64,000 bases of DNA from Prorocentrum cordatum (lineage: Eukaryota), in NCBI GenBank assembly GCA_963575745.1, contig CAUYUJ010000070.1, positions 1 through 64,000 on the forward strand. The letters run 5' to 3'. The translations under genes were made by a program, and so were the position numbers. Under the pieces are notes generated by a model. It did not search any database and was not told the origin of the DNA. It saw nothing but the letters and a program-made list of their open reading frames with translations. The number at the start of each line of letters is the position of its first letter. The stretch's first letter is position 1. Of this stretch, positions 61,036 to 64,000 are shown piece after piece.

Positions 61036-61289
61036 ATCCATCACCCCTCATTCACACTCACCTCCAGCGTGTGCTGATACGCTCCGATTGCTCTGGCGCA
61101 CAAGCCGAGTAAGGACGAGCCACGGTCTTCACAACGGAGGTTGCCGATGAAAGGTATGCTACCTCTCATACCGTGTGCCTACCACGGTCCTTGTACCTGG
61201 GGGCACGGTAACAAGGGTGGGTGAGCCCCAGAGCCCATCCGTCCTCACAGGGTTATGCCTACCCTCAAGGGCATCAGCAATACACTACA

Positions 61290-61545
61290 GTCCTCCTCCT
61301 CCTCCTCCTCATCATCATTCCCCTTCTTCTCTTCCTCCTTCTCCTCCTCCTCTTTCTCCGCCTCCTCCTCCTCCTCCTCCTCCTCTTTCCCCCCTCCCCC
61401 TCCCTCCTCCCCTCCTCCTCCTCCTCCTCCTCCTCCTCTTCCTCCTCCTCCTCCTCCTTCTCCTCCTTCCCCTCCCTCCCCCTTCTCCTTCTCCTCCTCC
61501 TCCTCCTCCTCATCGTCCTTCTCCTCCTCCCCCTCCTCCTCGACC
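61290..61545. repeat. (TCC)n-rich tract
   Basis: Direct observation. Confidence 0.95.
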
Positions 61546-62479
61546 TGTGGCGATGCCACCCTCCTCGTCCTCGTACAGCCATCGGCCACGCGCAGAGGGG
61601 GGTACCCAGACCTCCACCGAGTCCTGAACAATTCGCACTAAGGAGTTTTGTTTTGTGTTTTTGCTATTCTCTGCCTCTTTGGGGCACTCACCGCGCCTCG
61701 GGACCGTCAAACAACAACTCAGGATGAAAAGCCCGTCCTGGGGAAGGGATTGAGACTTCTGGTGGGTCGACGTCGCGAACGAATCGTTTGGCCACGCGCA
61801 GAGGGGTGTTGGGGGACGGGGGGGGGCTTCTCAGAAGCACCCCTGCCTCTGAGAAGGTGCGGGCCTTGTCACCAGATGCAAGGCCGGCGCCTTCTGAGAA
61901 GCGGCTTCCTTCCAAGTAGCTTTCCCGCCTCCCCTACCCCCCTCTGCGCGCAACCAAAGCTAAGAGCGGCATATACGTGCAGCCCAGACGCTGCAATAAA
62001 GACCACTTTAGGCTCGGGAGGGGCTCGGCGTTTCGCGTCGTTCCTCGGAATCCGTTCGTGGCCGAGGCTCGCCGTGGCCACAGATGCCCGTTTGCTCCTC
62101 ACTCGGCGTTCTCTATGGTAGCAGGATGACTGTGAGCTTCTGGAGGTCCACACGGATCTCTTGGTTCGGCGCGGACCCTCAAACTTTGCTTCTTGTACTT
62201 GTTTTCGTTGCTTCCTCCGCCTCCTCCGCCCCACCCCTCAGATGACCTGGTATGGCGTCGGCGCTCAAGCTGGCGCCTCCACTGCAGTACCCTGCGCGCG
62301 AAGGCTTAGGCCTCGCGTAGCAGGGTATTTTTCACGGCCCGGCTTTCATCAGCCTAGCACACCCGAGGCGCGCCACGCAGCCCTCTTGCCAGCTGATCCG
62401 TGCGTGATTCTATCGGGTCGGGAGCTGCGTAAAGAACCCGACTACAGCAGAGGCTCTCTGGAATCGGATCGGACGAAAG

Positions 62480-63320
62480 GTGGGGGGAGGAGGGGGAGGA
62501 GGAGGAGGAGGGCACGGAGGAGGAGGAGGAGGAGGAGGAGGGCACGGAGGAGGAGGAGGAGGGGGAATAATAGTAGTAATCTTAATAGTAATAATAACAA
62601 CAATAATAATAATAAAAATAATAATAAACATACTAAGAACAATAACAATACTAATAGTAATGACATAAGAAGTCTACCAATAAACATACCACTAATAAGC
62701 CATATTATTATTTCTGATAATAACCGATATGATCAATATTAACAATAATGATACTAATACTCATGCGGCGAAGACGAAGAAGAGGAGGAGGAGGAGGAGA
62801 AGGAGGAGGAGGAGGCGGGGGAGGGATGGGAGGAGGAGGAGGGGAGGACGAGGAGGGGGAGGAGGGGAAGGAGGAGGAGGACGAGGAGGACGAGGAGGAG
62901 GAGGAGGGGCAGGAGGGGCAGGAGGAGGAGGAGGAGGAAGGAGGAAGGAGGAGAGGGAGGAAGGAGGAGGAAGGAGGAGGTGAGGAGGAGGAGGAGGAGG
63001 AGGAGGAGGAGGAGGAGGAGGAGGAGGAAGGAGGAGGAGGAGGAGGCTGAGGAGGAGGACGGGGCAGAGGAAATGGAGGAGGAGGAAAAGGTGGAGCCCT
63101 CGACACGCTGGCACCTCCTGGCGCCAGGGAGCTCGGCCACGTGAGCTGATCTGCCAATCCCTCTTTGCCCCCCCTCCTTTCGTCCAACCTGCTGTCAGTG
63201 GCCTCCACCTTCTCCTCCTACACCTCCTCCTCCTCCACTTCCTCCTCCTCCTTCTCCTCTTTTCCTCCTCCTCCTCCTCCTTCGCCTCCTCCTCCTCAAC
63301 CTCCTCCTCCTCCTCCTCAC
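62480..63320. repeat. (GGA)n, (TAA)n and (TCC)n low-complexity tracts
   Basis: Direct observation. Confidence 0.9.
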
Positions 63321-64000
63321 CCCTCCGTTCGTCCGACCTGATGTAAGTGGCCTGCATGAAAACGATGTGTACAGATCGTGAGCCCGCTCTGTTGCTGTGC
63401 TGCCACTCCGTCCAGTGGCATCGCCAGCGGCGGTGGACCCAGACGTGGCATGGAATCACATGCCATGGGGCCGGTTTCCTTTTCAATTTTCAATGGCGTT
63501 GCAGTGCCAATCGGCGGCGCGCAACAGGGGGGTTGTTCCGAGGGGAAGAGTTTCTACGAAGGCTGGGGGGCTTCTTGGAAGGCAGTGCTCACCGTAGAAG
63601 GGCCCAGGTCGGCGGCGAAATCCGAACCCTACCCTCGCCGATCAACGATTCAGGCATTTCGATGGGCGGCGGGGGTAGGGTTCCGAATTCGTCGAACATG
63701 TGGCGAAATCCGAACCCTCCCCCCGCCTCCCATCGACTCAAGAGAACCGATGGTTGGCGGGGGCAGGGTTCGGATTCGCCACCTTCCAGAGTCGCCTGAG
63801 AAGGCCTCTTATCTGGGCTTCCCTGACGGGGTCTGGGCAGATGTGGCCAGAGGATCGCGCCGCATCGCCGACGTGGAGCCGGATCTTCTCCACGCCAACT
63901 TCGCCGATGCATCGGCGATGCCTCGCCGAGGCCTCGCCGATGTGGCACGATCCTCCGACCCCAACTTCTCCGACCCCATCTGGGAGGCCTCTGCCCTCAG

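Overview
This is repeat-dominated, GC-rich eukaryotic DNA. It is very probably dinoflagellate, inferred from GC/GA splice donors, invariant AG|G acceptors and a relic spliced leader. One intact host gene can be assembled by hand: an 11-exon soluble FAD-dependent fumarate reductase (flavocytochrome c flavin subunit, Osm1/Frd1-like; 502 aa; + strand, 34465-57368) ending in a peroxisomal-type -AKL. Three of its introns coincide wholly or partly with TIR elements (introner-like). Its 14.75-kb sixth intron is a nest of mobile elements. The rest of the window holds seven Helentron/HINE-like elements of two unrelated families carrying 89-90 bp satellite arrays, and a decayed RTE-like LINE (- strand) with an unusual extra ORF 3' of the RT. 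It also holds two RNase H-bearing retroelement relics, a second decayed LINE, several MITE families, long microsatellites, and a 3-kb non-coding unit with nine structurally conserved double-hairpin repeats. Almost all ORFs in the supplied track are repeat artefacts. All coordinates were read by eye; repeat boundaries are approximate.
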